DNA of 64,000 nucleotides from an uncultured Pelagibacteraceae bacterium (lineage in GTDB: Bacteria; Pseudomonadota; Alphaproteobacteria; Pelagibacterales; Pelagibacteraceae), in NCBI GenBank assembly GCA_902615425.1, contig CACMPD010000004.1:9437-73436 (forward strand), read 5' to 3'. The notes beneath the pieces are model-generated. The model saw only the letters and a list, made by a program, of their open reading frames with translations, was not told the origin of the DNA and did no database searches. Both the position numbers and the translations under genes were made by a program. Within the stretch, counting starts at the first letter, position 1. Every line of letters starts with the position of its first letter. Below are positions 30,234-41,010 of the stretch, one piece after another.

Positions 30234-31819
30234 TTAATATCTTCAGTCTGGTTATTTGAAATTCCAGATATAAATATATTTTGATTATCAATATATGAAT
30301 TTTTATTACCGAAATATAAACCATTATCAATATTTATATCATAATTATCACAAGTAAATTTCCAACCCTCATCCTCCAATTCAATTAATATCGATTTACC
30401 ATCCTGAGTTTTCATTAATTTTACGTCTGGTTCTACATGAAATCGAATATCAAATTTATAATTTTTATTAACCTTTTTTAGAATTTTATCAGAACCAATA
30501 AAAGTTTCTTCTCCAGGATAAAATTCTATATTTCTTTCATGAATAGTATTATATTTTTTTTGGTATCCATCATGAGAAGCATTTATTTTCCAATAGTTTT
30601 TTTCAAAAATAGTCTCTCTTTTTGTAATTTTTAAACCCCTGGTAACAAAAAAATATTTATCACTGTTTGTAAATTTGCAGGAGGAATTATCATCGATTAC
30701 CAAGGTATTCTGAGCGGCAGTTGATCTTGATAAATGATTTAGTTTTATATTTGTTTCACTATGATAGCCACAATTGCTAATTAATTTTTTGCCATTAGAA
30801 ATTATTTCAAAAGATAAAGCTCCAGATTGATAATCTTTAGAAAAAAATGAATTGGGTGAAGGACCAGCATCCATAGTGAGACACATCTTTTTATTTCTCA
30901 AGATTATATATCCACCATAATCTTGATTGTCATTTTTGAATTTATAACCTAGTCTTTGAAGATAATTATCAAAATTATTATTATCTGAGATGTTATTACC
31001 ATTATAAAGAATATCACTTTTTAGATTTTGCCAAACAAAAGCGTAACCTTGTCCAAGATAGTATATTGTTTCATTTATGTGTTCTGGAATATTAATTTGA
31101 GATTCTTTAAACCACTCTCTGATTAAAATATAATATTTCAAATAAAATATTAATTGTTTAATACTCCTTGATTTAGGAAAACCAGAATTATCAAGAGTAA
31201 TTTTAGATATTTTTTTTAGTAAATTTAAACCATATGGCAAATACTTTTTTTCATCCTGATAACAAAGGCCAACTAATATAATAGATGCACAACCTATCAA
31301 TTTATCTTCAACAAATTTTGATTTATTAATTTCATTTATGAGGTGATTTGCTTGTTTTTGTACCATAGTGTTAAAATCAATTTTATATTGTCCGTTACCA
31401 TCTTCATAAGTGAGATGATAATTAGATAACCAAGCAATAATTCTTTTTGCAGTTAAATCGAAATTCCAACTTTTTGAATTGTATTTATGATTTAAATTCA
31501 TCCAGTTTTTTATAACTGATTGGGTATTTTTTTTTGAAGACTTAAGATCTAAAGTAAAAAGCCAATAAAAATTATTAAGCTTTCTTAAGTTTTTTTTGGT
31601 TATTTCTTTATTATCCCAAATTTCATTTAATGCAAAATCTTCAATTCTAAATTTTTTTTTTTGATATTTAATTAAGGATGAAAGTAAATGAGGACTAGGC
31701 TTATAAATTAAATTTTGATAATAAGTTTTTGAAATTTTTTTATCGTACAGACTAGAATTTAAATATAATTCTCTTATTTTATCGAAAATATTAAAAAAAA
31801 ACTGATTTATGTAAATCAT
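30212..31819 (-). CDS. Heparinase II/III-like protein
   Basis: GALSFE, SNCG, ASHDGY, IRFH motifs; rpe-heparinase-purH synteny. Confidence 0.8.
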   Translation of the reverse strand: MIYINQFFFNIFDKIRELYLNSSLYDKKISKTYYQNLIYKPSPHLLSSLIKYQKKKFRIEDFALNEIWDNKEITKKNLRKLNNFYWLFTLDLKSSKKNTQSVIKNWMNLNHKYNSKSWNFDLTAKRIIAWLSNYHLTYEDGNGQYKIDFNTMVQKQANHLINEINKSKFVEDKLIGCASIILVGLCYQDEKKYLPYGLNLLKKISKITLDNSGFPKSRSIKQLIFYLKYYILIREWFKESQINIPEHINETIYYLGQGYAFVWQNLKSDILYNGNNISDNNNFDNYLQRLGYKFKNDNQDYGGYIILRNKKMCLTMDAGPSPNSFFSKDYQSGALSFEIISNGKKLISNCGYHSETNIKLNHLSRSTAAQNTLVIDDNSSCKFTNSDKYFFVTRGLKITKRETIFEKNYWKINASHDGYQKKYNTIHERNIEFYPGEETFIGSDKILKKVNKNYKFDIRFHVEPDVKLMKTQDGKSILIELEDEGWKFTCDNYDINIDNGLYFGNKNSYIDNQNIFISGISNNQTEDIKWQIKKI

Positions 31820-31823
31820 GAAA

Positions 31824-32483
31824 TTATTTTGATTTTAATAATTCAATATTCTTTTTTATATCTCCATTATTACTTTTAAAAATTGTTGTTCCAGAAACGA
31901 GTATATTTGCTCCTGCTTCTATTGCCTCTTTTGAATTGTCAAAATTGATACCTCCATCAATTTCAATATCAAAATTGAGATTTTGAGTTTTCTGTATTTC
32001 TTTTAGCTCTTTAATTTTTACTAAAACTTCTGGCATAAATTTTTGACCACCAAAACCGGGGTTAACACTCATTATTAAAACTAAGTCAATTTCGCTCAAG
32101 TGTTCTCTAATTACATCAACTTTCGTCTCAGGATTTAAAGATACCCCAACCTTTTTATTTAATTGTTTAATCTTTGAAATAGATAAACTTAGATCGTCCG
32201 TAGCTTCTGGATGAATAGTAATAATATCCGCACCTGCATCAGAATATGCATCGATATATTTGTGTACTGGAGAAATCATTAAATGGACATCAAATATCAT
32301 TGATGATTGTTTTTTTAATGCTTTTATAACTGGAGGTCCGATGGTTAAATTTGGAACAAAATGCCCATCCATTACATCTACATGGATCATATCTGCACCT
32401 GCATCTTCCAAACGTTTTATTTCGTTTCCTAATTGACTAAAATCAGCAGATAAGATTGACGGTGATATTTGTATTTTTTTCAT
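31824..32483 (-). CDS. rpe: Ribulose-phosphate 3-epimerase
   Basis: SPSILSADF, HVDVMDGHFVPN, DVHLM, MSVNPGFGGQ, DGGI. Confidence 0.98.
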   Translation of the reverse strand: MKKIQISPSILSADFSQLGNEIKRLEDAGADMIHVDVMDGHFVPNLTIGPPVIKALKKQSSMIFDVHLMISPVHKYIDAYSDAGADIITIHPEATDDLSLSISKIKQLNKKVGVSLNPETKVDVIREHLSEIDLVLIMSVNPGFGGQKFMPEVLVKIKELKEIQKTQNLNFDIEIDGGINFDNSKEAIEAGANILVSGTTIFKSNNGDIKKNIELLKSK

Positions 32484-32510
32484 TGATAACTAAATTACTA
32501 GTACCAATTT

Positions 32511-32867
32511 TTAAAATTTAATTGAATTAAAAAATTGATAAATTTGTCTAGAAATTTCACTTTCCAAAGGAAAAGATAACATTCCCATGACAGAATATCC
32601 CAAAATCCATGGCATTAAATAAAATCTTATCATAAAGAAAAACCAAGCAACATATAGTGGAACTATTGGTTGAATAATAAATTCGGGTGTAATTGGTTTA
32701 AAAATACGTAGTAATGGATTGGTAAATTTTACGAATACTTTCATGAAAAAAAATTGAGAGTCTTCTTTTTGGAAAATATTCATTGCAACTCTGCCAATTA
32801 ATGTCCACATTATAACCCCAAGTATGTAATCAATAATGTACACCATTGGGTGAAAATTAGCCGACAT
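32511..32867 (-). CDS. Small membrane protein (YggT-like)
   Basis: Hydrophobic; FTNPLLRIFKPITP resembles YGGT core. Confidence 0.6.
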   Translation of the reverse strand: MSANFHPMVYIIDYILGVIMWTLIGRVAMNIFQKEDSQFFFMKVFVKFTNPLLRIFKPITPEFIIQPIVPLYVAWFFFMIRFYLMPWILGYSVMGMLSFPLESEISRQIYQFFNSIKF

Positions 32868-32896
32868 TTAAGAATTTATATTGGAAAAAGGCTTGA

Positions 32897-32925
32897 ATTA
32901 AAAGGGGCGAAATTAATCGCCCCTT
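32897..32925 (-). terminator. Intrinsic terminator after the SSS transporter gene
   Basis: Stem AAGGGGCGA / TCGCCCCTT (32902-32925), 6-nt loop, followed by T-run on minus strand, 11 nt past the stop. Confidence 0.85.
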
Positions 32926-32936
32926 AAAATAATTAT

Positions 32937-34751
32937 TTAGTGTTGTTTGCCAAGGATCGATTTACCTGATGGTATTCGAACCTCATCAACCATTTTCTGC
33001 GTTGCAGCGTTTGGCGCTGAAGTCATTAGACTTACAACAACCATAGCTACTAAGCTGACAGCTGAACCAAAGATACCAAATGTTAACTGTGTAATACCTA
33101 GGAATCCACTTCCACCTGTTCTTACCCAAATTAGGTAAGCAGCACCAGAAACTAATCCTAAGAACATACCAGCTATAGCACCTTCTTTGTTAGCTCTCTT
33201 CCACCATACACCAAGTACAAGTGGGAAGAATAATCCTGACATCGCAAAGTCAAAAGCCCAGATGACTGAACCTAAGATACCTTGAATCTCAAGAGCCGCA
33301 ATAGTTGCTCCAGCAAAACCAATTACTACAAGTAGTACCCTTGCAACAACTAGTCTCTTAGCAGTCTCAGCTTTTGGATCGATGATTTTATAATAAACAT
33401 CGTGTGAGATTGCGTTTGCGATTGCTAGAATCAAACCATCAGCTGTTGACATGGCAGCAGCCATACCTCCAGCAGCAACTAGACCTGAGATTACGTATGG
33501 TAATCCAGCTATTTCTGGAGTTGCTAACACAACGGCTTTACCACCCATGAAAAACTCATTTAATTCAAGAGTTCCATTTCCGTTAAAGTCGCTTACAAAC
33601 ATTAAGTTTGCTTGGTTCCAGTTTTGATACCAATCTATCGCTTGAACTTCTGAAATTGATTTACCAATAATACCTGTTGGTAATGTTGGATCAATCAATG
33701 ACAACTTAGATAGTGTCGCTAACATTGGAGCAGAAGAATAAAGTAGGAAGATAAAGAATAAAGACCAACCTACTGATTTTCTAGCTGCTTTTACACTTGG
33801 AGTAGTGAAATATCTCATCATCACGTGAGGCAATGAAGCTGTTCCCATCATCATCGCTAGTGCTAATGAAATAAACGCCCAAGGCGTTGCATTCACCGCT
33901 GAGTGAGCTTTAGTTATACCAGCCAAACCTTTTGGCACCTCTTTTAGATTTTCAGCAGAGTTTTTCACAAAACCAAACTGAGCTTCTAATTCAGCAATTC
34001 TTGATACTTCATCAGCTAACATAAAGTGTGGGAAGAAACCCGCACCCATTTTGTTACTGATCCAGAATACTGGTAATAAGTAAGCTATGATTAGTACAAT
34101 ATATTGTGCAACCTGTGTCCAAGTTACTCCTCTCATACCACCTAACATTGAACATAGTAAGATACTTACTAATCCAACATAAACTGCGTATTGGAATGGA
34201 ATATCAAGTGCAACAGATGCAATAGTACCTGTAGCGTTAATTTGTGCAGTCACATAAGTAAATGATGCGACAGTTAAAACTACTACCGCCATGAATCTAC
34301 TTAAATTACCACCATATCTTGTACCAATAAAATCTGGAACTGTGTAACAACCAAATTTTCTCAAGTAAGGTGCTAATAAAGATGCAACTAATACATATCC
34401 ACCAGTCCAACCTACAAGTAGTGCCATATATCCGTAACCTTTGAAGTAAATACCTCCTGCCATTGCAACGAATGATGCACCAGACATCCAGTCTGCTGCA
34501 GTAGCCATTCCATTGAATACAGTTGGCACTTGTCTTCCAGCTACGTAATAAGCATCAGCTTGAGCTGTACGTGATAGATAACCAATTATAGCATAGATGG
34601 CTACTGTGAAAGCAACGAAACAAATTCCGATTGTTTTCGCAGTCATACCCATCTGCTCGGCAATTGACATAATGATTATGAAAGCTAAAAAACCACCTGT
34701 ATAGATTCCATAAACCTTAGGTAAATTGTCTATAAAATTACCTTTGATCAT
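32937..34751 (-). CDS. Sodium:solute symporter, ActP/VC_2705 type (probable acetate/monocarboxylate uptake)
   Basis: YYVAGR, NGMATAADWMSGASF, YTVPDF, GTASLPHV, AAAMSTADG; paired with DUF4212, near acs. Confidence 0.9.
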   Translation of the reverse strand: MIKGNFIDNLPKVYGIYTGGFLAFIIIMSIAEQMGMTAKTIGICFVAFTVAIYAIIGYLSRTAQADAYYVAGRQVPTVFNGMATAADWMSGASFVAMAGGIYFKGYGYMALLVGWTGGYVLVASLLAPYLRKFGCYTVPDFIGTRYGGNLSRFMAVVVLTVASFTYVTAQINATGTIASVALDIPFQYAVYVGLVSILLCSMLGGMRGVTWTQVAQYIVLIIAYLLPVFWISNKMGAGFFPHFMLADEVSRIAELEAQFGFVKNSAENLKEVPKGLAGITKAHSAVNATPWAFISLALAMMMGTASLPHVMMRYFTTPSVKAARKSVGWSLFFIFLLYSSAPMLATLSKLSLIDPTLPTGIIGKSISEVQAIDWYQNWNQANLMFVSDFNGNGTLELNEFFMGGKAVVLATPEIAGLPYVISGLVAAGGMAAAMSTADGLILAIANAISHDVYYKIIDPKAETAKRLVVARVLLVVIGFAGATIAALEIQGILGSVIWAFDFAMSGLFFPLVLGVWWKRANKEGAIAGMFLGLVSGAAYLIWVRTGGSGFLGITQLTFGIFGSAVSLVAMVVVSLMTSAPNAATQKMVDEVRIPSGKSILGKQH

Positions 34752-35012
34752 TTAGTCATCCCCTCTTTCTGAGAAGCCAAACTCTTCATCAATTTTCTCC
34801 TGCCTGTTCGCAAACCAGAAAATTAGGATTACGAAAGCACCAAGAGAACCTTGACAAGTGAACCAATAAGTTAACGGATAACCAAATGGTCCCGTAACTT
34901 CATTCATTTCAGCCCCGAATAAGAAGATGCCAATTGAGAATACAAACCAGATTGCTAGTGTCATGAATAGCAAACCTCTGGATTTTTCCCAGTGTTGTTC
35001 TTGTTTTGACAT
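34752..35012 (-). CDS. DUF4212 small subunit of SSS transporter
   Basis: GYPLTYWFTCQGS, 2 TMs; strong RBS (AGAGAGG); abuts SSS gene. Confidence 0.88.
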   Translation of the reverse strand: MSKQEQHWEKSRGLLFMTLAIWFVFSIGIFLFGAEMNEVTGPFGYPLTYWFTCQGSLGAFVILIFWFANRQEKIDEEFGFSERGDD

Positions 35013-35137
35013 TTATACCTCTCTCTTTTTAGTTATAACTGGCAAAAACCATAACCATTATCGAGGAGATTTAAAGTGTTAAAATTGCTCAAATTAGTCC
35101 GATTTATGGGTTATAACTATCAAAAATAGCTTATTTT

Positions 35138-35761
35138 ATGGGAAAATATAAACTTACCTGGAAAGATCTTACCCTGAGGGACTTTAAGATCTATCTATTT
35201 GCCCTTTTTAAAGCATTTATCCCTAAAAAAAAAATAAAATCATTAGATGAATTAGAAGATTTTATTCAAACAAAATCAGCTTGGGTTTCACAAGTTACTT
35301 TGTATGGTTATTTAAAGACCAGGATGGGTACTAGGTATGTCCTTCATTTTGAAAATGATGAATTTATGAAGTCAGTTAATTTAGCTAAGTGGAATATCTA
35401 TGCTGTAGCTTTACAAGATCTTACGTTTTTTACTTTCTCTTATTTAAAAGCAACTACAAACTATGAAGATACCAATAAAGCTAAAGAAATTTTTTTTAAA
35501 ATTCTAGACGATGAAATTTCAAATAAAATGCCTTTAGATATTATCGAAAACACTAAAAAAAATTTTGATGAAAGATTTGAGAAAATGAATTGGGATACTT
35601 ATCATAGTGATCTCCCTTTTAATCCGAGCGCATTATCTTTATACAAGTGGGCTCCAATTGCTGAGGAGCTAAAAACTTTAGATCGTAAAATAGTTTTGAA
35701 TTCAGTCATTCTCAAATGGGATATCGTTAAGAAAGAATTTCAAGAAAGATTAGGTCTCTAA
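35138..35761 (+). CDS. Conserved hypothetical protein
   Basis: 207-aa ORF filling the gap; [13 protein letters not shown] motif. Confidence 0.75.
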   Translation: MGKYKLTWKDLTLRDFKIYLFALFKAFIPKKKIKSLDELEDFIQTKSAWVSQVTLYGYLKTRMGTRYVLHFENDEFMKSVNLAKWNIYAVALQDLTFFTFSYLKATTNYEDTNKAKEIFFKILDDEISNKMPLDIIENTKKNFDERFEKMNWDTYHSDLPFNPSALSLYKWAPIAEELKTLDRKIVLNSVILKWDIVKKEFQERLGL

Positions 35762-37836
35762 GTATTTTTTCTGTTGTCAACTAAACTATCAACAACACTT
35801 GGATCAGCTAAAGTAGTAGTATCACCTAATTGACCATGTTCATTTGCTGCAATCTTTCTAAGAATTCTTCTCATTATTTTTCCAGATCTTGTTTTTGGAA
35901 GCCCTGGAGTAAAGTGAATTAAGTCAGGAGTTGCTAATGGACCTATTTGTTTTCTAACCCATAATTTTAGTTCTCTTTCAAGATCTCCTGTCTCAGTCTC
36001 ACCTGCGTTAAGAGTTACATAACAATAAAGTCCATTTCCTTTAATGTCATGTGGATAACCAACCACAGCAGCTTCAGCAACTTTAGGATGAGCAACAAAA
36101 GCACTTTCAATTTCAGCAGTACCCAAGTTGTGTCCTGATACAATTATTACATCATCTACTCGTCCAGTGATCCAGTAATACCCATCCTTGTCTCGCCTGC
36201 ACCCATCTCCAGTAAAATATTTTCCATCAAATTGAGAAAAGTAAGTATCAATAAATCTTTGATGATCGCCATAAACAGTTCGCATTTGGCCTGGCCACGA
36301 CTGAGCTATACAAAGTCTCCCTTCTCCAGCACCTTTAATTTCTTTTCCATCTTTATCGACAAGAACAGGTTTAATTCCATAAAAAGGTTTTGTTGCTGAT
36401 CCAGGTTTTAAAGGTATAGCTCCTGTTTGAGGTGCAATTAAAATTCCACCTGTCTCTGTTTGCCACCAGGTATCTACGATTGGACACTTTGAGTTTCCAA
36501 CTGTTTTGTAATACCACATCCAAGCCTCTGGATTTATAGGCTCTCCGACTGTACCCAATAATTTTAAAGATTTTCGAGATGTTTTATTTACTGGATCATC
36601 ACCCTCTCGCATAAGGGCTCTTATAGCTGTTGGAGCAGTATAAAAAGTGTTAACTTTATATTTATCAACAATCTGCCACCATCTTGAGCTGTCCGGATAA
36701 TTTGGTACTCCCTCAAACATTATTGTAGTAGCTCCGTTAGATAAGGGACCATAAATAATATAACTATGACCTGTTACCCAACCAATATCTGCAGTACACC
36801 AATAAATATCTTTAGGCTTATAGTTAAATATGTATTGATGAGTCATGGAAGCATAAACCATGTACCCGCCTGTTGTATGCAGTACACCTTTTGGTTTACC
36901 TGTAGATCCAGACGTATAAAGAATAAATAAAGGATCTTCAGCATTCATTTCCTCAGGTTCACAATGACTTGGGACATCTTTAATTAGATCATGATACCAA
37001 ACATCTCTGTTGTCATCCCAATAAACATAGTTTCCTGTTCTTTTGACAACAATACATTTTTTAACACCAGGACAATTACTTAATGCTTCATCGGTTGTTG
37101 CTTTTAAGGGAATTGTTTTTCCACCTCTAACACCCTCATCAGCTGTTATAATGTATTCTGATTTACAATCATTTACTCTTCCAGAAATAGACTCTGCTGA
37201 AAACCCTCCAAATATTATAGAATGTATGGCTCCTATTCTTGCACAAGCTAACATCAAAACAGCCAGCTCGGGTATCATCGTTAAATATATTGTTACTCTG
37301 TCTCCTTTTTGTATCCCTAATTTTTTTAGACCATTAGCTGCTTTTGAAACTTTTTGATGAAGTTGTTTATAAGAAATTTTTTGAGTATCCTTAGGGTCAT
37401 CACCTACCCAAATTATAGCTGTTTTATCTTTTTTGTCTTTTAAATGTCGATCAATACAATTAGCAGAGGCATTTAAAGTTCCATCTTCAAACCATTTTAT
37501 TTTAACTTCATCTTTGCTATACTTCACATCTTTAATTTTTTTATATGGTTTTATCCATGTAATTCTTTTTCCTTCTTTTTTCCAAAAAGCATTATTGTTC
37601 TTAATAGAGTCAGTATATTTATTCTGATATTGAGATTTATTAATTAAACCACTTTTCACCCACTCTGGTTTTGGTTTAAAAATTAGTTCTTGAGTTGAGC
37701 CTTCGTTATTAATTTTAACTTTTTTAATCTTACTTCTAATCTTTTTTTTTCTTTTAAGAATTTTTTTTCTTTTTTTAACCTTCTTTCTTTTTGAGGTTTT
37801 TTTTCTTGATTTAGATTTTTTCTTTTTTTTAGGCAT
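35758..37836 (-). CDS. acs: Acetyl-CoA synthetase with Lys/Arg-rich N-terminal extension
   Basis: [45 protein letters not shown]. Confidence 0.97.
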   Translation of the reverse strand: MPKKKKKSKSRKKTSKRKKVKKRKKILKRKKKIRSKIKKVKINNEGSTQELIFKPKPEWVKSGLINKSQYQNKYTDSIKNNNAFWKKEGKRITWIKPYKKIKDVKYSKDEVKIKWFEDGTLNASANCIDRHLKDKKDKTAIIWVGDDPKDTQKISYKQLHQKVSKAANGLKKLGIQKGDRVTIYLTMIPELAVLMLACARIGAIHSIIFGGFSAESISGRVNDCKSEYIITADEGVRGGKTIPLKATTDEALSNCPGVKKCIVVKRTGNYVYWDDNRDVWYHDLIKDVPSHCEPEEMNAEDPLFILYTSGSTGKPKGVLHTTGGYMVYASMTHQYIFNYKPKDIYWCTADIGWVTGHSYIIYGPLSNGATTIMFEGVPNYPDSSRWWQIVDKYKVNTFYTAPTAIRALMREGDDPVNKTSRKSLKLLGTVGEPINPEAWMWYYKTVGNSKCPIVDTWWQTETGGILIAPQTGAIPLKPGSATKPFYGIKPVLVDKDGKEIKGAGEGRLCIAQSWPGQMRTVYGDHQRFIDTYFSQFDGKYFTGDGCRRDKDGYYWITGRVDDVIIVSGHNLGTAEIESAFVAHPKVAEAAVVGYPHDIKGNGLYCYVTLNAGETETGDLERELKLWVRKQIGPLATPDLIHFTPGLPKTRSGKIMRRILRKIAANEHGQLGDTTTLADPSVVDSLVDNRKNT

Positions 37837-37847
37837 AAATATTATTT

Positions 37848-38261
37848 CTAAATCTTACCCATGTTATTTAAAATTTTCCAGCTTTTAGAATCTATTGGCA
37901 TTACTGATAGTCTGCTTTGTTTAATAAGTGATAAATGGCTTAATTGCTTGTTTTTCTTAATATCCTCAAGACTTACTGGCTTATTTAATTTTTTTAGAAA
38001 CTTTACTGTAACAGCAACAAATCGACCAGATTTATCTGTCTTGTCTAAATATGCTTCCTTGATAACTTCAACAATGCCAACAATTTCCTTTCCTATGTTC
38101 GAATGATAGAAAAAACATTTATCTCCTTCTCTCATTGATTTTAAATTTTTAGCAGCTTGATAATTTCTTACTCCATCCCAAGGAGCACCTTTAATACCAG
38201 CTTTTTTTTGTTGTTCAATTGACCAAACGTCAGGTTCTGACTTAAGTAACCAATATTGCAT
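37848..38261 (-). CDS. EVE domain protein
   Basis: [27 protein letters not shown]. Confidence 0.95.
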   Translation of the reverse strand: MQYWLLKSEPDVWSIEQQKKAGIKGAPWDGVRNYQAAKNLKSMREGDKCFFYHSNIGKEIVGIVEVIKEAYLDKTDKSGRFVAVTVKFLKKLNKPVSLEDIKKNKQLSHLSLIKQSRLSVMPIDSKSWKILNNMGKI

Positions 38262-39334
38262 TAAAGTTTAACCCCAGCACCTTTTAAAAATAATGCATTT
38301 TCATCTAAGGGCCATCTTGGTTTTGCTGGATGATCTAGGTTATTAAAAAGTTTTAATTTATACTTTTCCAAACCTACCATTGCTATCATTGCAGCATTGT
38401 CCCCACATATTTCAATTGGTGGAAAAACACTTTGATAATTATTTTGTTTACACAAGTTTATCAACATAGATCTTATTTTTTTATTTGCTGCTACACCACC
38501 CGCAACAACAAAAATTTTATCTTGTATATCATTTTGTTTTTCAAATTCATTAAAAGCAATTTTGGTTTTTTTTTTCAATATTTCTTCAATTGTTTTTTGA
38601 AAAGAAGCTGCCAAATTAAATTTTTCTTGCTCTGTTTCAATGGTTTTACTTATCTTCAGGATTGCAGTTTTAAGACCAGCAAATGACAAATTACAACCAC
38701 CCTTATTAATGATAGGTTTTGGTAGATCATAAGAATTTGGATTACCTTTTTCTGCCCAAAGCTCGATTTGGGGTCCTCCAGGAAATTCTATTCCTAAAAG
38801 TTTTGCAGTTTTGTCGAAAGCTTCACCTAGTGCATCGTCAATAGTTGTTCCCAGTCTTTTATATTTTCCAAGACCTTGAACATTTAAATATTGTGAATGA
38901 CCACCCGAAATTAATAGCAGGAGGTAAGGATAATTTAAGTTTGAAACTAATTTTGGACTCAACGCATGTCCTTCTAAATGATTTACAGCTATAAAAGGCT
39001 TGTTTATTGAAGAGGCAAAAGCTTTCCCAAAGCTTAAGCCTACTGACAAACAAACGATTAGACCAGGACCTGCAGTCGAAGCTACTGCATCAATATCTTT
39101 AATTTTTATTCCACTTTCATCCAAAGCTTTCTTCACGATTAAATCTATTTTTTCGATATGTGATCTGGCCGCTAACTCAGGAACTACACCTCCAAATTCT
39201 TTGTGGACATCAGTTTGGCTAGAGACAATGTTTGATAAAATTATAGGTTTCCCTTGGTCATTTTCAGTTATAACTGAGGCAGCTGTTTCATCACAACTAG
39301 TTTCAATTCCAAGAATTAAGGGTTTTTTACTCAT
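38261..39334 (-). CDS. tsaD: tRNA N6-adenosine threonylcarbamoyltransferase
   Basis: LGIETSCDET, GGVVPELAAR, NHLEGH, DDALGEAFDK, DNAAMIA. Confidence 0.98.
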   Translation of the reverse strand: MSKKPLILGIETSCDETAASVITENDQGKPIILSNIVSSQTDVHKEFGGVVPELAARSHIEKIDLIVKKALDESGIKIKDIDAVASTAGPGLIVCLSVGLSFGKAFASSINKPFIAVNHLEGHALSPKLVSNLNYPYLLLLISGGHSQYLNVQGLGKYKRLGTTIDDALGEAFDKTAKLLGIEFPGGPQIELWAEKGNPNSYDLPKPIINKGGCNLSFAGLKTAILKISKTIETEQEKFNLAASFQKTIEEILKKKTKIAFNEFEKQNDIQDKIFVVAGGVAANKKIRSMLINLCKQNNYQSVFPPIEICGDNAAMIAMVGLEKYKLKLFNNLDHPAKPRWPLDENALFLKGAGVKL

Positions 39335-39390
39335 ACAAATAGTTTTTAATAATTGTACATTTCCAATACAAGAAAGAAATAAATTTATTT

Positions 39391-40308
39391 ATGACTAAAA
39401 AAATTATCATAGGTTCTAGAGGTAGTAAATTAGCATTGTTGTATGCCCAAAAAGCTAAAGAACAAATTATTAAAAAAACTACTTTAGATACAAATGATAT
39501 TGAAATTAAATCTATTTCAACAAAAGGTGATCAAGTTAAAGATACTAGGTTATCTGATATAGGTGGCAAAGGATTGTTTTCAACTGAAATTGAAAAAGAG
39601 TTAGAGAATAAAAGTATCGACATTGCAGTACATGCATTAAAAGATATGCCAGCAACAGAAACTAGTGGACTTAAAACAGACTGTTTTTTGGAGAGAAATG
39701 ATCCAAGAGAAATTTTGATAACAAATAACAAGAAAAAATTAAATGATCTTAAGCTAAAATCAATTATAGGAACATCTTCATTTAGAAGGGAATTTCAAAT
39801 TAAAAAATTAAGATCTGATCTAACATGCAAAATAATTAGAGGTAATGTGGATACTAGAATTAAAAAACTAAAAGATGGAAATTATGATGCAATAATTTTG
39901 TCTTATGCAGGGATTAAAAATTTAAATCTTGAAAATGAAATAGCTGAAATTTTCTCAGCACAAGAAATCATACCAAGTGCTGGACAAGGAATAATTGCAC
40001 TCCAATGTCGTGAAGCAGATAAAGAAATTATTTCAATTTTAAAAAAAGTAAATCATGAAGAAACCTTTAAAAGAGCTCATGCTGAGAGAAATGTCCTCAA
40101 AGTTTTAGAGGGAGATTGTGAAACAGCAATAGGCGTTTATTCAAAAATAGAAAGTGATACAATTGTAGTTGAGGCAGAACTTTTTTCAATAGATGGCTCT
40201 CAAAGATTTTATGAAAAGAAATCTGGCCAGATTGATAAATTTAAAGAGATAGGTAAACAAATTGGGCAGAATTTAAAAATGCAATCAAACAATTCTTACA
40301 AAAAATAA
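39391..40308 (+). CDS. hemC: Hydroxymethylbilane synthase
   Basis: GSRGSKLAL, GGKGLF, AVHALKD, GTSSFRR, RGNVDTR, EGDC. Confidence 0.97.
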   Translation: MTKKIIIGSRGSKLALLYAQKAKEQIIKKTTLDTNDIEIKSISTKGDQVKDTRLSDIGGKGLFSTEIEKELENKSIDIAVHALKDMPATETSGLKTDCFLERNDPREILITNNKKKLNDLKLKSIIGTSSFRREFQIKKLRSDLTCKIIRGNVDTRIKKLKDGNYDAIILSYAGIKNLNLENEIAEIFSAQEIIPSAGQGIIALQCREADKEIISILKKVNHEETFKRAHAERNVLKVLEGDCETAIGVYSKIESDTIVVEAELFSIDGSQRFYEKKSGQIDKFKEIGKQIGQNLKMQSNNSYKK

Positions 40309-40309
40309 T

Positions 40310-41008
40310 ATGCATATTTTATTAACAAGACCACTGGAAGATTGTTCAGAAATGATTTTAAAGTTTAAATCATTAGGTCATCAAGTTTCGCACATCCCAC
40401 TGATTAATATTGAAAAGGTTAATTATGAGGAAATTAAATTTTCTGAATATGGAGGAATTATTTTTACCAGTGCTAATGCAGTGAAATATTTAGATCAAAA
40501 TAACATAGACAAAAATATCAAATGTTTTTGTGTTGGTAATTCAACTGAAAAAAAGGCTAGATCATCAGGATTTCAAAACACAATAGCTGCAGAGGGTAAT
40601 GTTTCTAATTTAAAAGAGTTAATTTTACAAACTTACGAGACAAAAAGTAAAAAGTTACTTTATGTCAGCGGTGAAATTATATCTGTTGATTTAGATCAAC
40701 AACTCATGAAAGAGGGCTATGGCATAAAAAGAGTGATTAATTATAGAGTAAAACATAATCAAAAATTCAATGAAAGTTTTGTAAAAGATTTAAAATTGAA
40801 CATGCCTGATATGGTTTATATTTATTCACAGAATAGTGCTCAAAGTTTTTTGAGTTTTGTCAAAAATCATCAATTTGAAAGCTTATGGATGAATACTAAT
40901 TTATCGTGTATTGGCGAGAAAACTTCATCTATATTGAATGAAATTAAGTGGAAAAAAATATTTCTTTTTAATCCTGGAGAAGAAGAGTTTTTGTTATATA
41001 AAATTTAA
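40310..41008 (+). CDS. hemD: Uroporphyrinogen-III synthase
   Basis: ILLTRP, FTSANAV, CVG, CIG; follows hemC. Confidence 0.92.
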   Translation: MHILLTRPLEDCSEMILKFKSLGHQVSHIPLINIEKVNYEEIKFSEYGGIIFTSANAVKYLDQNNIDKNIKCFCVGNSTEKKARSSGFQNTIAAEGNVSNLKELILQTYETKSKKLLYVSGEIISVDLDQQLMKEGYGIKRVINYRVKHNQKFNESFVKDLKLNMPDMVYIYSQNSAQSFLSFVKNHQFESLWMNTNLSCIGEKTSSILNEIKWKKIFLFNPGEEEFLLYKI

Positions 41009-41010
41009 TT

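Noticed and set aside
37714-37836. A-rich start of acs as a frameshift, assembly error or simple repeat
   Set aside because: Reading frame is continuous into the Acs core and codons vary, so it is treated as a real extension
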